DNA of 64,000 nucleotides from a virus (lineage: Duplodnaviria; Caudoviricetes): IMG/VR virus record IMGVR_UViG_3300048672_000970, positions 32,001 to 96,000 of that record; one strand, given 5' to 3'. Under the pieces are notes generated by a model, which did no database searches, had not been told where the DNA came from, and worked only from the letters and a program-made list of their open reading frames with translations. Positions 45,855-55,197 of this stretch are shown piece by piece. The translations under genes and the position numbers were made by a program. Numbering within the stretch: the stretch's first letter is position 1; each line of letters starts with the position of its first letter.

Positions 45855-46314
45855 ACATTTAGAAACCGCGCTGCAATCTTGTCAAACTGAAAATTATTGG
45901 ATTGATTTTGACCCGTCTAGGCTAGGCTCATTTCAAATCCTGATTGATGATATTATGGATATTTTTGTAATGGAATTGCAAAATGATGGCTCTGTTGTTC
46001 GGGCTACCAATAACATTGAGGTGTTAACTAACTTTCTCAAATGTTTCCCTCTTGCAAAAATTCAAGAGCTACTTGCTTTTGATGATGCTGTTCAAATTCG
46101 TTATAACGCGTATATTGATGAGCATGATAATCTAGTTGTCAAATCTGTTCCACATGACCACATGACTTATCCTGATGCGAAACTGGCAGTGCTTGAAGCG
46201 CTTGAAGATTTGGAACGCGTTTACAATCGGGCTATTGTTGACAATCACCATCGACTTATTCAACTTCAGCATGGAATGGAAATCATCAAAAAGGAAATTT
46301 TGAACCGTAGGTAA
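45844..46314 (+). CDS. hypothetical (MTIKHLE paralog)
   Basis: AAGGA SD; N-terminus shared with 46910. Confidence 0.7.
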   Translation: MTIKHLETALQSCQTENYWIDFDPSRLGSFQILIDDIMDIFVMELQNDGSVVRATNNIEVLTNFLKCFPLAKIQELLAFDDAVQIRYNAYIDEHDNLVVKSVPHDHMTYPDAKLAVLEALEDLERVYNRAIVDNHHRLIQLQHGMEIIKKEILNRR

Positions 46315-46343
46315 ATAAATTTCTTTAAGAAAGGTACTGAACA

Positions 46344-46907
46344 ATGTATATCGCTAAGATACAAGAACTTTTGGATACTGTAAGTAACCGGATTAATGCT
46401 GGATACGCCACCCCTATTGGTAAACTGGCTATTACCGTTGATGCTCATGAGTGCGCTCCCGACCTACAGGTTGCAGAGATTTATTTCAATTATTTTCAAG
46501 GTCGTCTTTCACGAGCATGTATCTGCAACATCATAGTGACCGAAATTGATGGTGGTTGGTATTCTGGGATCACCTCTGTCAATCCCTCTCCGGTAATGGG
46601 TTTTGGTATTTTCACGTCTACTGAAATCAATTTACTGCTTGATTATGCACGTGAAAACCCTAATCTCCAGGTTATGTTTGTTGCTGATATTGTTGATGGG
46701 GTAATTGAAGTTAAAGAGATTTCGGCAATTCATCCACTGTATGATCACTCAAGTTACGCGGCATCAAATCCAGAAAAAGCAGTTGAACTTCTGTTAAAGA
46801 ATTCTCAATATGAATTGCAAAACCTAAGGAAACGTGTTGAAGCGCAAATGGATGAAGTTGCAATGATTGAATCTCATCTCTTAGGAATTCAAAAAGGGGG
46901 CTTTTGA
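46344..46907 (+). CDS. hypothetical protein
   Basis: AAGG SD. Confidence 0.65.
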   Translation: MYIAKIQELLDTVSNRINAGYATPIGKLAITVDAHECAPDLQVAEIYFNYFQGRLSRACICNIIVTEIDGGWYSGITSVNPSPVMGFGIFTSTEINLLLDYARENPNLQVMFVADIVDGVIEVKEISAIHPLYDHSSYAASNPEKAVELLLKNSQYELQNLRKRVEAQMDEVAMIESHLLGIQKGGF

Positions 46908-46909
46908 AA

Positions 46910-47395
46910 ATGACAATTAAACATTTAGAAGCGGCACTTCTCAAGACATTTGGTGATCTGTTTCTTGTAGATAAGCACGACACTTTTTTCTTCATTAAAT
47001 GTGAGGGAGAAATGGTAATTGAAATGCTATATGATGGTCAAGTGCTTGATATCTCAGAAGCCTCTGGTCAGCTTGAGCATTTGTTAAAGTTTATGCCACT
47101 TAAGAGCATTCGACAATTTCTTGAAATGCCTGAGTCCACAGTTATTGAGCCACGTTACCGCATCACCCATAATCCTCTTATAAAGAACGGTTTGTTTGGA
47201 TTGGAGGCAGTTCCAGTTTATTTTGATGAACCCGGATTTATTGAGGCCATGTCATCGGAGTATGGCGCATGGGTTGTTTATCAGCAGCAGGTTGCGAAAC
47301 AGCTAGATGAGCTTGAAGCTCATAAAAAGCTAGTGGAACTCATTCTGAACTATGCCACAAAAGGCCGAGAACTTGCTGAACCAACTAAAGTGTAA
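46910..47395 (+). CDS. hypothetical (MTIKHLE paralog)
   Basis: N-terminus shared with 45844. Confidence 0.7.
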   Translation: MTIKHLEAALLKTFGDLFLVDKHDTFFFIKCEGEMVIEMLYDGQVLDISEASGQLEHLLKFMPLKSIRQFLEMPESTVIEPRYRITHNPLIKNGLFGLEAVPVYFDEPGFIEAMSSEYGAWVVYQQQVAKQLDELEAHKKLVELILNYATKGRELAEPTKV

Positions 47396-47479
47396 CAGTG
47401 CTGGACTTGCCTGATGAATGAATGTAAAATTCATTCATCAACTTACAGGAGAATGTGATGGATGAGTTTAAGGAATGTA

Positions 47480-47707
47480 ATGCAGAGTAAAATCCAATCA
47501 ATCATGGAATCTGCTGTAAATGTAGGTTCCGGCTTCATTATCAGCTTCATTGTACAGACGCTCATCATGAGCGCATACGGCGTGAATTTCACTTTGGCAC
47601 AAAATTTCTCCATCACGGTAATTTTCACCGTGACATCGTTTATCCGGTCGTATATAATCCGTCGAGTGTTTAACAAATGGAGCGTCCATCATGCAACGCA
47701 GAACTAA
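47480..47707 (+). CDS. small two-TM phage membrane protein
   Basis: MQSK..S..ES..NV..G...S...RSY.IRR.F pattern. Confidence 0.7.
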   Translation: MQSKIQSIMESAVNVGSGFIISFIVQTLIMSAYGVNFTLAQNFSITVIFTVTSFIRSYIIRRVFNKWSVHHATQN

Positions 47708-48224
47708 CGCCATGACCGGGATGGTTAATTTCCCGGTGGACTCGGTTAAGAGTTCAGGGGAAGGCGGAATGATTGTCCGCCTATGGGCTGAAATGGGGTT
47801 TGAAGATGAAATGTGCTGTGGGCACACTTTTCGAGAAACCATTTCGGTGTGCGTTGTTGGTGAGCATACGCTAATTACACCCACTCTCGACTGCTATACC
47901 AACGAACCCGGTTGGCTGTACGAATTAGAAGAACGGGAACCGCTCCCCTGGGAAAACCCAAATCAAACCGCGTTTAAGACTAGCCAATGGTGTGAATTTT
48001 CACCATCGTTAGTTGCGTCTGTCACTCTGGGTGCTACCGGCTGGAGTGGAAGTTATTATTCAAGTGATGGTTCGGAAATGGAAATTCCTGGACGAGCCAA
48101 AGATTTCGTTTATTGGGTTTGTCATTTTGATGACTTGACACAAGAAGGAAAAGATGTGGTACACTTGATGCAACGGTTGTACCCAATGGCTGTCATCCGA
48201 ATTGTTACTTTTCTTGATACCTGA
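47691..48224 (+). CDS. hypothetical protein
   Basis: 177 aa ORF in operon. Confidence 0.65.
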   Translation: MQRRTNAMTGMVNFPVDSVKSSGEGGMIVRLWAEMGFEDEMCCGHTFRETISVCVVGEHTLITPTLDCYTNEPGWLYELEEREPLPWENPNQTAFKTSQWCEFSPSLVASVTLGATGWSGSYYSSDGSEMEIPGRAKDFVYWVCHFDDLTQEGKDVVHLMQRLYPMAVIRIVTFLDT

Positions 48225-48233
48225 AAGTTAACC

Positions 48234-48458
48234 ATGCAACAAATCCTGAAGCAACTTGAGTTATACGAACGACATGCTCTGATTGAACTTTTTCGTGAAG
48301 GGCCATTTGGTGACGAAAACCGTCCTCTTTTCAGTAAAGAACGGGCCATTCTGATTAACCTCGGATTGGCGAGCAAAATCGTTTGTAAGGGTGTTACTGG
48401 TTTCGCCGCCTGTACCGAACTCGGTGCCCAAATTTATCATGAACTGATGGAGTGCTAA
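48234..48458 (+). CDS. hypothetical protein
   Basis: ORF in operon. Confidence 0.6.
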   Translation: MQQILKQLELYERHALIELFREGPFGDENRPLFSKERAILINLGLASKIVCKGVTGFAACTELGAQIYHELMEC

Positions 48459-48970
48459 TGAAAGTATCAATTGAAACCATCCTGTACAACGTTGAACTGT
48501 GGGTTCAGGATTCAGAGCAACCAATGCCAGCCAATCTCGCACATATCGTTGGTAGCACCATTGCTCATATACTTACTCCTTTTCAAGAAACCGACCTCAG
48601 TCATTTGGAATGCTGGTCTTACTCATTCCAGCCGGAACTGATTGAAATTCCTGAATGCATGGAATGTTCCGACCTAGCTAACACATACGAATACCAAATC
48701 GAATTTGAAAATTATGATTTCGATTTGGAACAAACTGCAGAAGAACGGGCGGTAAATTTCCGTCCATCCTTTGATTTGAATTTCAAGTCCATTCCGATTG
48801 AAGGTGGAACTATGGGCATCATCTCCACTTTTTGCCACCGAACGCTAGCTGAAGAACCGAGGATTTCCGAAGTTATTTTTCCGCTAGATGCCGATGTTGC
48901 TATTCAACTAACTCCCTCAATCTGCCAGTCGGCAATTGAGGCTTTCAATTATTTCATCAAAGGAGAATAA
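48458..48970 (+). CDS. hypothetical acidic protein
   Basis: GGAG SD. Confidence 0.65.
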   Translation: MKVSIETILYNVELWVQDSEQPMPANLAHIVGSTIAHILTPFQETDLSHLECWSYSFQPELIEIPECMECSDLANTYEYQIEFENYDFDLEQTAEERAVNFRPSFDLNFKSIPIEGGTMGIISTFCHRTLAEEPRISEVIFPLDADVAIQLTPSICQSAIEAFNYFIKGE

Positions 48971-48971
48971 A

Positions 48972-49418
48972 ATGGCTACTCGCTGCACGATTTCAGTTGT
49001 TATGGACGATGGCTCCATTGTTGGCACTTACTGTCATTTCGATGGTTATCTGTCCCATGTTGGCAGGCTTTTGAACCAGTGTTATGCTTCATACGAAATG
49101 GCCGGCGCCCTGGTTGCTGTCGGCGACATTGCAAGTCTGACGGAATCCATTGAATCCTCAGAGATTAACGGCGATTCGCGCCGACCATATTACAATTTCC
49201 CTCCGCTGGCTAATGGTCAACCGGATTTGCAGCGTTATCGTTACACGGGTGGGCAGGAATATAACTACCTGTTCATTGATGGCCGCTGGCACGTTTGCGC
49301 AGATGACGTTGACGATAATGGAGACGAAACTGAAATTTGTTCTCCTGACACGCTGATGTCATTCGGGTTTTTGCGCCCTCTATCTGCATTCCCGATTTGT
49401 AATGTCTCCCGAAGCTGA
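48972..49418 (+). CDS. conserved-type phage hypothetical protein
   Basis: MATRC.I...YCHFDGY...G..L...QEYNYLF. Confidence 0.7.
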   Translation: MATRCTISVVMDDGSIVGTYCHFDGYLSHVGRLLNQCYASYEMAGALVAVGDIASLTESIESSEINGDSRRPYYNFPPLANGQPDLQRYRYTGGQEYNYLFIDGRWHVCADDVDDNGDETEICSPDTLMSFGFLRPLSAFPICNVSRS

Positions 49419-49881
49419 AGACAAACTCTATTTCGATTTTGCTTCGAGGGTTGCAGAAGAATCATCAGCTATCCGGTTGAAAGTGGGTGCAGTCATTGTT
49501 AAAGACCATAACATCCTTTCATATGGGTGGAATGGCACTGCGCCGGGTGAAGATAATGCATGTGAATACGTTGACGCAACTGGCAACTTGATTACTAAAT
49601 GGGAAGTTAGGCACGCGGAGTGGAATGCTATTGCAAAGCTTCTCAGACATGGTACACTTGGCATCACTGGCGCAACGATGTACATCACGCACAGTCCTTG
49701 TAAAGAATGTTCCAAGCTGATTGAAGGAACAGGTATCAATCGGGTTGTCTACGGGCAAGTTTATCGAGATGCTGATGGTCTAGCATATCTGGACAGGCGA
49801 GGAATCTTTACTCAGTTGTTTAACTATGAAGGGGACTCAAATGCCAATTCCGAAACCAATCGAACAGTTCAACCCTGCTAA
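49402..49881 (+). CDS. dCMP deaminase
   Basis: KVGAVIV, GWNG, HAEWNAI, PCKEC. Confidence 0.92.
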   Translation: MSPEAEDKLYFDFASRVAEESSAIRLKVGAVIVKDHNILSYGWNGTAPGEDNACEYVDATGNLITKWEVRHAEWNAIAKLLRHGTLGITGATMYITHSPCKECSKLIEGTGINRVVYGQVYRDADGLAYLDRRGIFTQLFNYEGDSNANSETNRTVQPC

Positions 49882-50026
49882 TAAAAAGCATGTCGAAGCC
49901 TTGAAAATCTGGCTGCAAACTGGCATATGGAAAATCCAGTTTGCAGTCGAAGCGCCCTATCTGGATGTGCCAACTCTGGCTAAAGACCGTTACGTCAAGT
50001 TTATTCTAAATGTTCAATCTGCCTGA
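49841..50026 (+). CDS. hypothetical protein
   Basis: GGGGA SD before MPIPKP. Confidence 0.6.
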   Translation: MPIPKPIEQFNPANKKHVEALKIWLQTGIWKIQFAVEAPYLDVPTLAKDRYVKFILNVQSA

Positions 50027-50531
50027 CCGAGTTTTACACCCAAACGGGCAATCAATTGTCTCGGCTGAACAGTGTGTTAATTTCCTTCTAAGGGGATTGA
50101 CACCTGTTCATTTTGCGGTTGAAGAACTTACTCCAGATATTATTGAGCATAACCGGCGTAGCGTAGACAAGATACTGTCGGTATCTGAGCTTAAAGAGCC
50201 TGATTTTGATTTATCTTACGCTATCCCCGTTGAATATCAACAACTTGACGTGTGTAAATACTTTTTAGACAAACTTGAAGCTCGGGAAGAATGGCGGTTG
50301 AATGATGCTATAATTGACCGGGTAGAAAATGAATTGGTCTTCATTCAGCGAACCAGTGCAGAAAACTATTTTCGGACAATCATTTACATTGTGGATAGAT
50401 TGAATGCGGAAAAGGTTGTGTACGGTATTGGGCGGGGATCTTCTTGTGCGTCATTTCTCTTGTACATGATTGGGCTACACACTGTTAATCCGATTGAGTA
50501 TGAGATTCCGATGGAAGAATTTTTCCATTGA
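50010..50531 (+). CDS. DNA polymerase III alpha-like N-terminal fragment
   Basis: RVENEL..I...YF..IIYIVD...GIGRGSSCASFLLYMIG...VNPIEY. Confidence 0.75.
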   Translation: MFNLPDRVLHPNGQSIVSAEQCVNFLLRGLTPVHFAVEELTPDIIEHNRRSVDKILSVSELKEPDFDLSYAIPVEYQQLDVCKYFLDKLEAREEWRLNDAIIDRVENELVFIQRTSAENYFRTIIYIVDRLNAEKVVYGIGRGSSCASFLLYMIGLHTVNPIEYEIPMEEFFH

Positions 50532-50556
50532 CGCTAATTTATAAAGGAGCATAGCG

Positions 50557-50742
50557 ATGGCTACCACATCACGCCGAGGTGCTAAACTGGTTGATTTTGA
50601 TTTGATGGCGATTAAAGCTGCGCTTGCGCAGCAGGAATCGAACAAAGCGCCAGTGGAGCAACCCGTAGAAACACCAGTGGAACAAAATCCACTACCACCA
50701 GAACCAAAGAAAGGAAAAAATGCTAAAGCCACTCAAGAATAA
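50557..50742 (+). CDS. hypothetical protein
   Basis: AAGGAG SD. Confidence 0.55.
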   Translation: MATTSRRGAKLVDFDLMAIKAALAQQESNKAPVEQPVETPVEQNPLPPEPKKGKNAKATQE

Positions 50743-51049
50743 CGTACTAATCCAGTTCCTTGACGAAACTCAGGGGCCGAAGGGAAAGTTTGTGGAACGC
50801 GGTTCCAAGTTTCTCATTATCCCTGCACTAGACTCTAACCAACATGGCGTGCCACGATGGGCGAAGGTTGTTGCTGTCGGCCCTGAAGCTGACGGTGTTG
50901 CTGTCGGTGATTTCGCCCTGGTTGAACCGATGCAATGGTCATTCCGAACTGAGCCGATGGAAGAATTTGGCAACGCGCCCATCTGGCGGACGTTTGACCA
51001 TAACATCCTCATGGTTACTGACGATGAAAGCTTGACGTATCAGTTCTAA
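50720..51049 (+). CDS. groES: GroES-like co-chaperonin
   Basis: LKPLKNNVLI, AKVVAVGP, VAVGDFALV. Confidence 0.8.
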   Translation: MLKPLKNNVLIQFLDETQGPKGKFVERGSKFLIIPALDSNQHGVPRWAKVVAVGPEADGVAVGDFALVEPMQWSFRTEPMEEFGNAPIWRTFDHNILMVTDDESLTYQF

Positions 51050-51095
51050 GCTGTCAGAATTCATTCCATCGCAACACGAACCGCCGAGTTAACAA

Positions 51096-52037
51096 ATGAT
51101 CGCTTACTTCTGCTTCATCGCCGCTGCTCTCATCGAAGCCCTGGCGATGATTATTTCTGTCAACGGTATGGCAGCATATTTCGGCATGAACCTGATCATC
51201 ATGGCCCTGGCGGCGACGATTGACATTGGCGCCATTGCTTGCTGGATTGGCACCTATCAATACTGGAACAAACTCAATGCCAAAATGAAAACCATTGGCG
51301 TCGCGCTCTGCGCTGGCACGATGATTTTCTCTGCATCGGGTGTTGCTAGTTTCCTGATGGCTGACTTCCAAAAGGCAGCGGTCGGTGTTAAGGAATCTGC
51401 ACTGCGTATCGACCAACTGCAAGTTGAACGTCAGCGCCTGATTGCTCGCAAGACCAGCATGGAACAGCAAGTTGCTGCTCTGCGCGAAGACATGGTGACG
51501 GCGAAGATTCGTATGCAAAATACGTTCGCTGCTGAAAAGCAAACCGTAGACAACCGTCTTAACGCCGTTGAAACCGAGCTGAACACGCTTGAACAGCAGC
51601 ACGTCACTACGGCTGCTAAGGGTGGCACCATCATGTTTGTTGCTGAAATGTTCGGTCTGACTGAAATGCAAGCTACCAAGTGGGTTGTCGGCTTCGTGGT
51701 GTCCATCTTCACGCCGCTGGCTTTCTTCCTGATGCTGCTGGGCAATTTCATCAAGAACCAATCGGACGAAAAGCCGGCTGAAGAAAAGGTTGTTGCTGAA
51801 GAAAAGGTTGCACCGGAAGTTGAACCGGAAGTTACTGAAGAACCGGCGCCGGAAGTTCACATCGAAGAACTGTACCCGGAACTGACGTTCACGTCGAAGT
51901 TCTCTGCCCCGGCCAAGCCTGCCGCCAAGCGTGGCCGGCCGACCAATGCTGAACGTGCTGCCCGCCTGGCTGCTCAACAAGCCGCTGAAGCTGCAGCGCA
52001 AGAATCTGGCTCGACTCGTCACCTGTACGCTGACTGA
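51096..52037 (+). CDS. membrane protein, TM-coiled coil-TM with C-terminal AT-hook-like motif
   Basis: hydrophobic N- and C-terminal blocks, heptad middle, KRGRP. Confidence 0.75.
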   Translation: MIAYFCFIAAALIEALAMIISVNGMAAYFGMNLIIMALAATIDIGAIACWIGTYQYWNKLNAKMKTIGVALCAGTMIFSASGVASFLMADFQKAAVGVKESALRIDQLQVERQRLIARKTSMEQQVAALREDMVTAKIRMQNTFAAEKQTVDNRLNAVETELNTLEQQHVTTAAKGGTIMFVAEMFGLTEMQATKWVVGFVVSIFTPLAFFLMLLGNFIKNQSDEKPAEEKVVAEEKVAPEVEPEVTEEPAPEVHIEELYPELTFTSKFSAPAKPAAKRGRPTNAERAARLAAQQAAEAAAQESGSTRHLYAD

Positions 52038-52056
52038 ACCGAAACTGTGCTAAACT

Positions 52057-52080
52057 AAAAGCCCGCATCTGCGGGCTTTT
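52057..52080 (+). terminator. intrinsic terminator
   Basis: AAAAGCCCGC-atct-GCGGGCTTTT. Confidence 0.75.
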
Positions 52081-52100
52081 ACACTTTTGAAAGGATAGCT

Positions 52101-53006
52101 TTGCTCAACAAAAATTCTCTTTGGGTCGAAAAGTATCGACCGGCCCACGTGGCAGATGTCGTGTTTTCGTCAGCGGACGTTAAGGCAAAGTTTGCCGCGT
52201 ATGTTGAAAAGAAAACCATCCCTAACCTATTGTTTTACGGTTCACCCGGAACAGGCAAATCATCCATCAGTTCCGCATTGCTCACAGACCTTCTAATCGA
52301 CCCTGATGACATCCTACGTGTCAATTGCTCGAAGGATAAGATTGATGCCCTACGTGACCGTGTAGACCTGTTCTCGCGGTCTATGCCGCGCGGCGAGCTG
52401 AAAATTGTACAGCTTGAAGAACTGGACGGGATGAGTTTGGATGGGCAACGTCTGCTTAAAACCCTGGTTGAAGACGTGTCGGAATATTGTCGGTTCATTG
52501 CGACCTGTAACGAACCCCATAAAATCATTCCTCCCATCAAATCTAGATTCACTTCATTCCATTTCGCCAAACCAGATTTCGACCAAGTATTTTTTAGACT
52601 GGCTGACATTCTCATTGCTGAACAGGTATCATTCACTCCTGAAGATTTTGACAAAATCATTCAGATGCATTACCCGGATATTAGACAGACCATTCAAGCT
52701 TTGCAGGATTCGTCTATTTCTGGCGCATTAACAATTAACACCGATACACTGGAAGCTGACTGGAAACCTGCACTCCTTAATGCACTTTCTAATTCAGATT
52801 GGCAGGCCGCTCGGCAAGTTGTTTGTTCTTCACTCAGTAAAGAAGATTTGCCAATGATTTACCCATTCCTGTTCACGGCTCTGCGCAATCATCAAAAATT
52901 TAACGTGATGTGCAAAATCATCGCTGAATACCAGTATCGAAGTGCGTTTGTGGCAGACCCTGAAATTCAACTGGCTGCAATGTTTTTCTCGCTGGCGGAT
53001 TGCTGA
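52101..53006 (+). CDS. sliding clamp loader large subunit (T4 gp44/RFC-like)
   Basis: LWVEKYRP, GSPGTGKS, LEELD, CNE..KII.PIKSRF, YPDIR. Confidence 0.92.
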   Translation: MLNKNSLWVEKYRPAHVADVVFSSADVKAKFAAYVEKKTIPNLLFYGSPGTGKSSISSALLTDLLIDPDDILRVNCSKDKIDALRDRVDLFSRSMPRGELKIVQLEELDGMSLDGQRLLKTLVEDVSEYCRFIATCNEPHKIIPPIKSRFTSFHFAKPDFDQVFFRLADILIAEQVSFTPEDFDKIIQMHYPDIRQTIQALQDSSISGALTINTDTLEADWKPALLNALSNSDWQAARQVVCSSLSKEDLPMIYPFLFTALRNHQKFNVMCKIIAEYQYRSAFVADPEIQLAAMFFSLADC

Positions 53007-53008
53007 AA

Positions 53009-53521
53009 ATGGCTTATAACGTCGATTTGTTCGGTTTTCTTAATAGCTTGTCAAAGGGTGTTAATCCGTATAGAGAGATGACGGAAATAGAACAGAAAGA
53101 ACTGCAACCAGTCATCATTTATCGATGGCTTTCCGGATGCAGTTCAGGGCATCAAGTTCAAAAACTGGCCGAGCTGAACCATTTCATTTTCACCATCTCT
53201 GATAAAGCGACTCTGTTCGATTTGATGGCCGCTGCATGCGATGGGAAAAGCTATCGGTACAAATGGATTAAACCGGCTGGCTCACAATCTGCGCCCATCT
53301 GCTTGAAAGTGATAATGACGGCTTATAATTGCAGTGAGAGGGAAGCAATCGGTTATCTTCCTAAGTTAGATGCAAATGATATCTATGAATCTGCTGAAAT
53401 GCAGGGAATGGATGATGCGACGTTAACCAAGCTTATTCAGGAGTTGAAAAATGGACATGCAAAAACTACGTTCACAGGCAGCGAGCCGACGAAACGAGCA
53501 AAGCGAACAAAAAGAGCCTGA
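53009..53521 (+). CDS. clamp loader small subunit (T4 gp62-like)
   Basis: follows gp44-like gene; DLF.FL, IIYRWLS, YNCSEREA..Y. Confidence 0.6.
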   Translation: MAYNVDLFGFLNSLSKGVNPYREMTEIEQKELQPVIIYRWLSGCSSGHQVQKLAELNHFIFTISDKATLFDLMAAACDGKSYRYKWIKPAGSQSAPICLKVIMTAYNCSEREAIGYLPKLDANDIYESAEMQGMDDATLTKLIQELKNGHAKTTFTGSEPTKRAKRTKRA

Positions 53522-54197
53522 AATTTCTGGATGGAAGTGTGAGTATTGCCAGAAATCATTTGCCCGAGAATCTACATTCATGCGGCATTCATGTCGGGAG
53601 CGTGAGCGAGCCATTGAACTGAAATCGTTTGTTGGGCAAAAAGCGTATGGGTATTATGGTGAATGGATGAAACAACGTCATCGCAGTGTTCCAAAAATAG
53701 AAACGTTTGCCACGTCGCAATACTACACGTCGTTCGTTAAATTTGCCAAATGGGCCGAGCAAGTAAATCTACCTTCAATCACTAATTACATCAAGGTGAT
53801 GATTGACCAAGGATTTGATAACCCCCACTATTGGGTTGATGCTGAACGGCATGCCATGTATCTAGAATGGTACGATAACGCAAAATCGCCCCAAGATGCA
53901 TTTGTTGATTCAATCGAGTATATTGAAAGCTACCTAGAATCCAATCATGTTACTGGCAATGTCTTTGAGCATTTAGGAATCAGAGAACTCGGCCAGCTAA
54001 TCAAGAAACGGAAAATATCTATGTGGTTTGTGTTAGCATCACCCGCCTGCAAAGATTTTATCATCCGTGCCAAATCAGACCCGGACTTTAATCAATTCAT
54101 TTCGGCATACGATGTTAACGCATGGGGAATCAGAATCAAAAATAACACAGCGATGATTAAGGAGTTTGCCGAAGTATGCAAAGCGATGAATCTGTAA
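53451..54197 (+). CDS. hypothetical with C2H2-type zinc finger
   Basis: CEYCQKSF...FMRHSC. Confidence 0.65.
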   Translation: MDMQKLRSQAASRRNEQSEQKEPEISGWKCEYCQKSFARESTFMRHSCRERERAIELKSFVGQKAYGYYGEWMKQRHRSVPKIETFATSQYYTSFVKFAKWAEQVNLPSITNYIKVMIDQGFDNPHYWVDAERHAMYLEWYDNAKSPQDAFVDSIEYIESYLESNHVTGNVFEHLGIRELGQLIKKRKISMWFVLASPACKDFIIRAKSDPDFNQFISAYDVNAWGIRIKNNTAMIKEFAEVCKAMNL

Positions 54198-54775
54198 TTT
54201 TTTCAGCCGACGTTGATATTGATACTTGTTCCTCGTTCAACGCCTCATCTTTTTTCGGATGGACGAGAGCATCAGTCATTGATGAAAATATCTCTCCGCA
54301 TCCATGCGGAGTTTATCCACAACCCATTCCGGTTGACCACTTAACGGGACTGGCGGCGATGCCATACGATTTTGCCGAGCTGGCCGGCTACAATAAAATA
54401 GATTTCCTTCATTTGGCCGTCTATGATAATTTCACATCTAGACAAGAGATTTTAGAACTGGACGCGAAAGAACCGAAATGGGAGTTACTTACGAAAGCTT
54501 CCGTCTGCCCCAAATTGTTCCAGTTGGCTAAACATCATGCGTTGCTGGCAAAAATTAAACCGACTTCGGTGTTAGAATTGGCCGATGTCCTTGCACTCAT
54601 CAGACCTGCAAAACGGCAGTACGAAGATTTGTATCTGGCGCAACGAGGGAAAATTCGACCTTTGCTCTTTTTGAAAGAATTGTCGGAAGCGTATGCATTC
54701 AAGAAATCGCACGCGATTAGCTATGCGAAAGTAATCTGTTTGCAACTGCACCTAATTGAGCTTAACAGGCTCTGA
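54176..54775 (+). CDS. DNA polymerase III alpha-like palm fragment
   Basis: ADVDID, HPCGVY, GYNKIDFL, LADVLALIRP, YAFKKSHAISYA. Confidence 0.8.
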   Translation: MQSDESVIFSADVDIDTCSSFNASSFFGWTRASVIDENISPHPCGVYPQPIPVDHLTGLAAMPYDFAELAGYNKIDFLHLAVYDNFTSRQEILELDAKEPKWELLTKASVCPKLFQLAKHHALLAKIKPTSVLELADVLALIRPAKRQYEDLYLAQRGKIRPLLFLKELSEAYAFKKSHAISYAKVICLQLHLIELNRL

Positions 54776-55148
54776 AAATTGCTTTACGTCTGCGAATTTT
54801 AACTTCGGTGTCAAACTCAAACTTGAACATTTTACCGTGAAAGCGATTGATGGTATGGATATCAAATGATTTGTAAATGCGGGAGGTGGCGGATGTTAAT
54901 CCTCGGCGGGAGAATTCGATTGACAGAGGATGTTTTGCTGAGTTTGTTTGTTCCCATTCTTTCGCCACTGCAATAATTTTGTGCGGGTCTAACCCTTCAG
55001 AATCGGCATAGTCGAGAATGTATGCGAACAAAACTTCATCTTTGATGTTGTCCACGATTGCCAAATACGAGTTGTTATCATGGTCGATAAAACTGAGAAT
55101 GAATTGGTTAGACTCGTCGCTCACATATACAAATTTTGAATCAATCAT
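54762..55148 (-). CDS. hypothetical protein
   Basis: 128 aa ORF on the opposite strand. Confidence 0.65.
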   Translation of the reverse strand: MIDSKFVYVSDESNQFILSFIDHDNNSYLAIVDNIKDEVLFAYILDYADSEGLDPHKIIAVAKEWEQTNSAKHPLSIEFSRRGLTSATSRIYKSFDIHTINRFHGKMFKFEFDTEVKIRRRKAIFRAC

Positions 55149-55197
55149 CGTTTTTCACATTTTCATTATTTACTTCACCAAAACAGGAGAATCCTCA

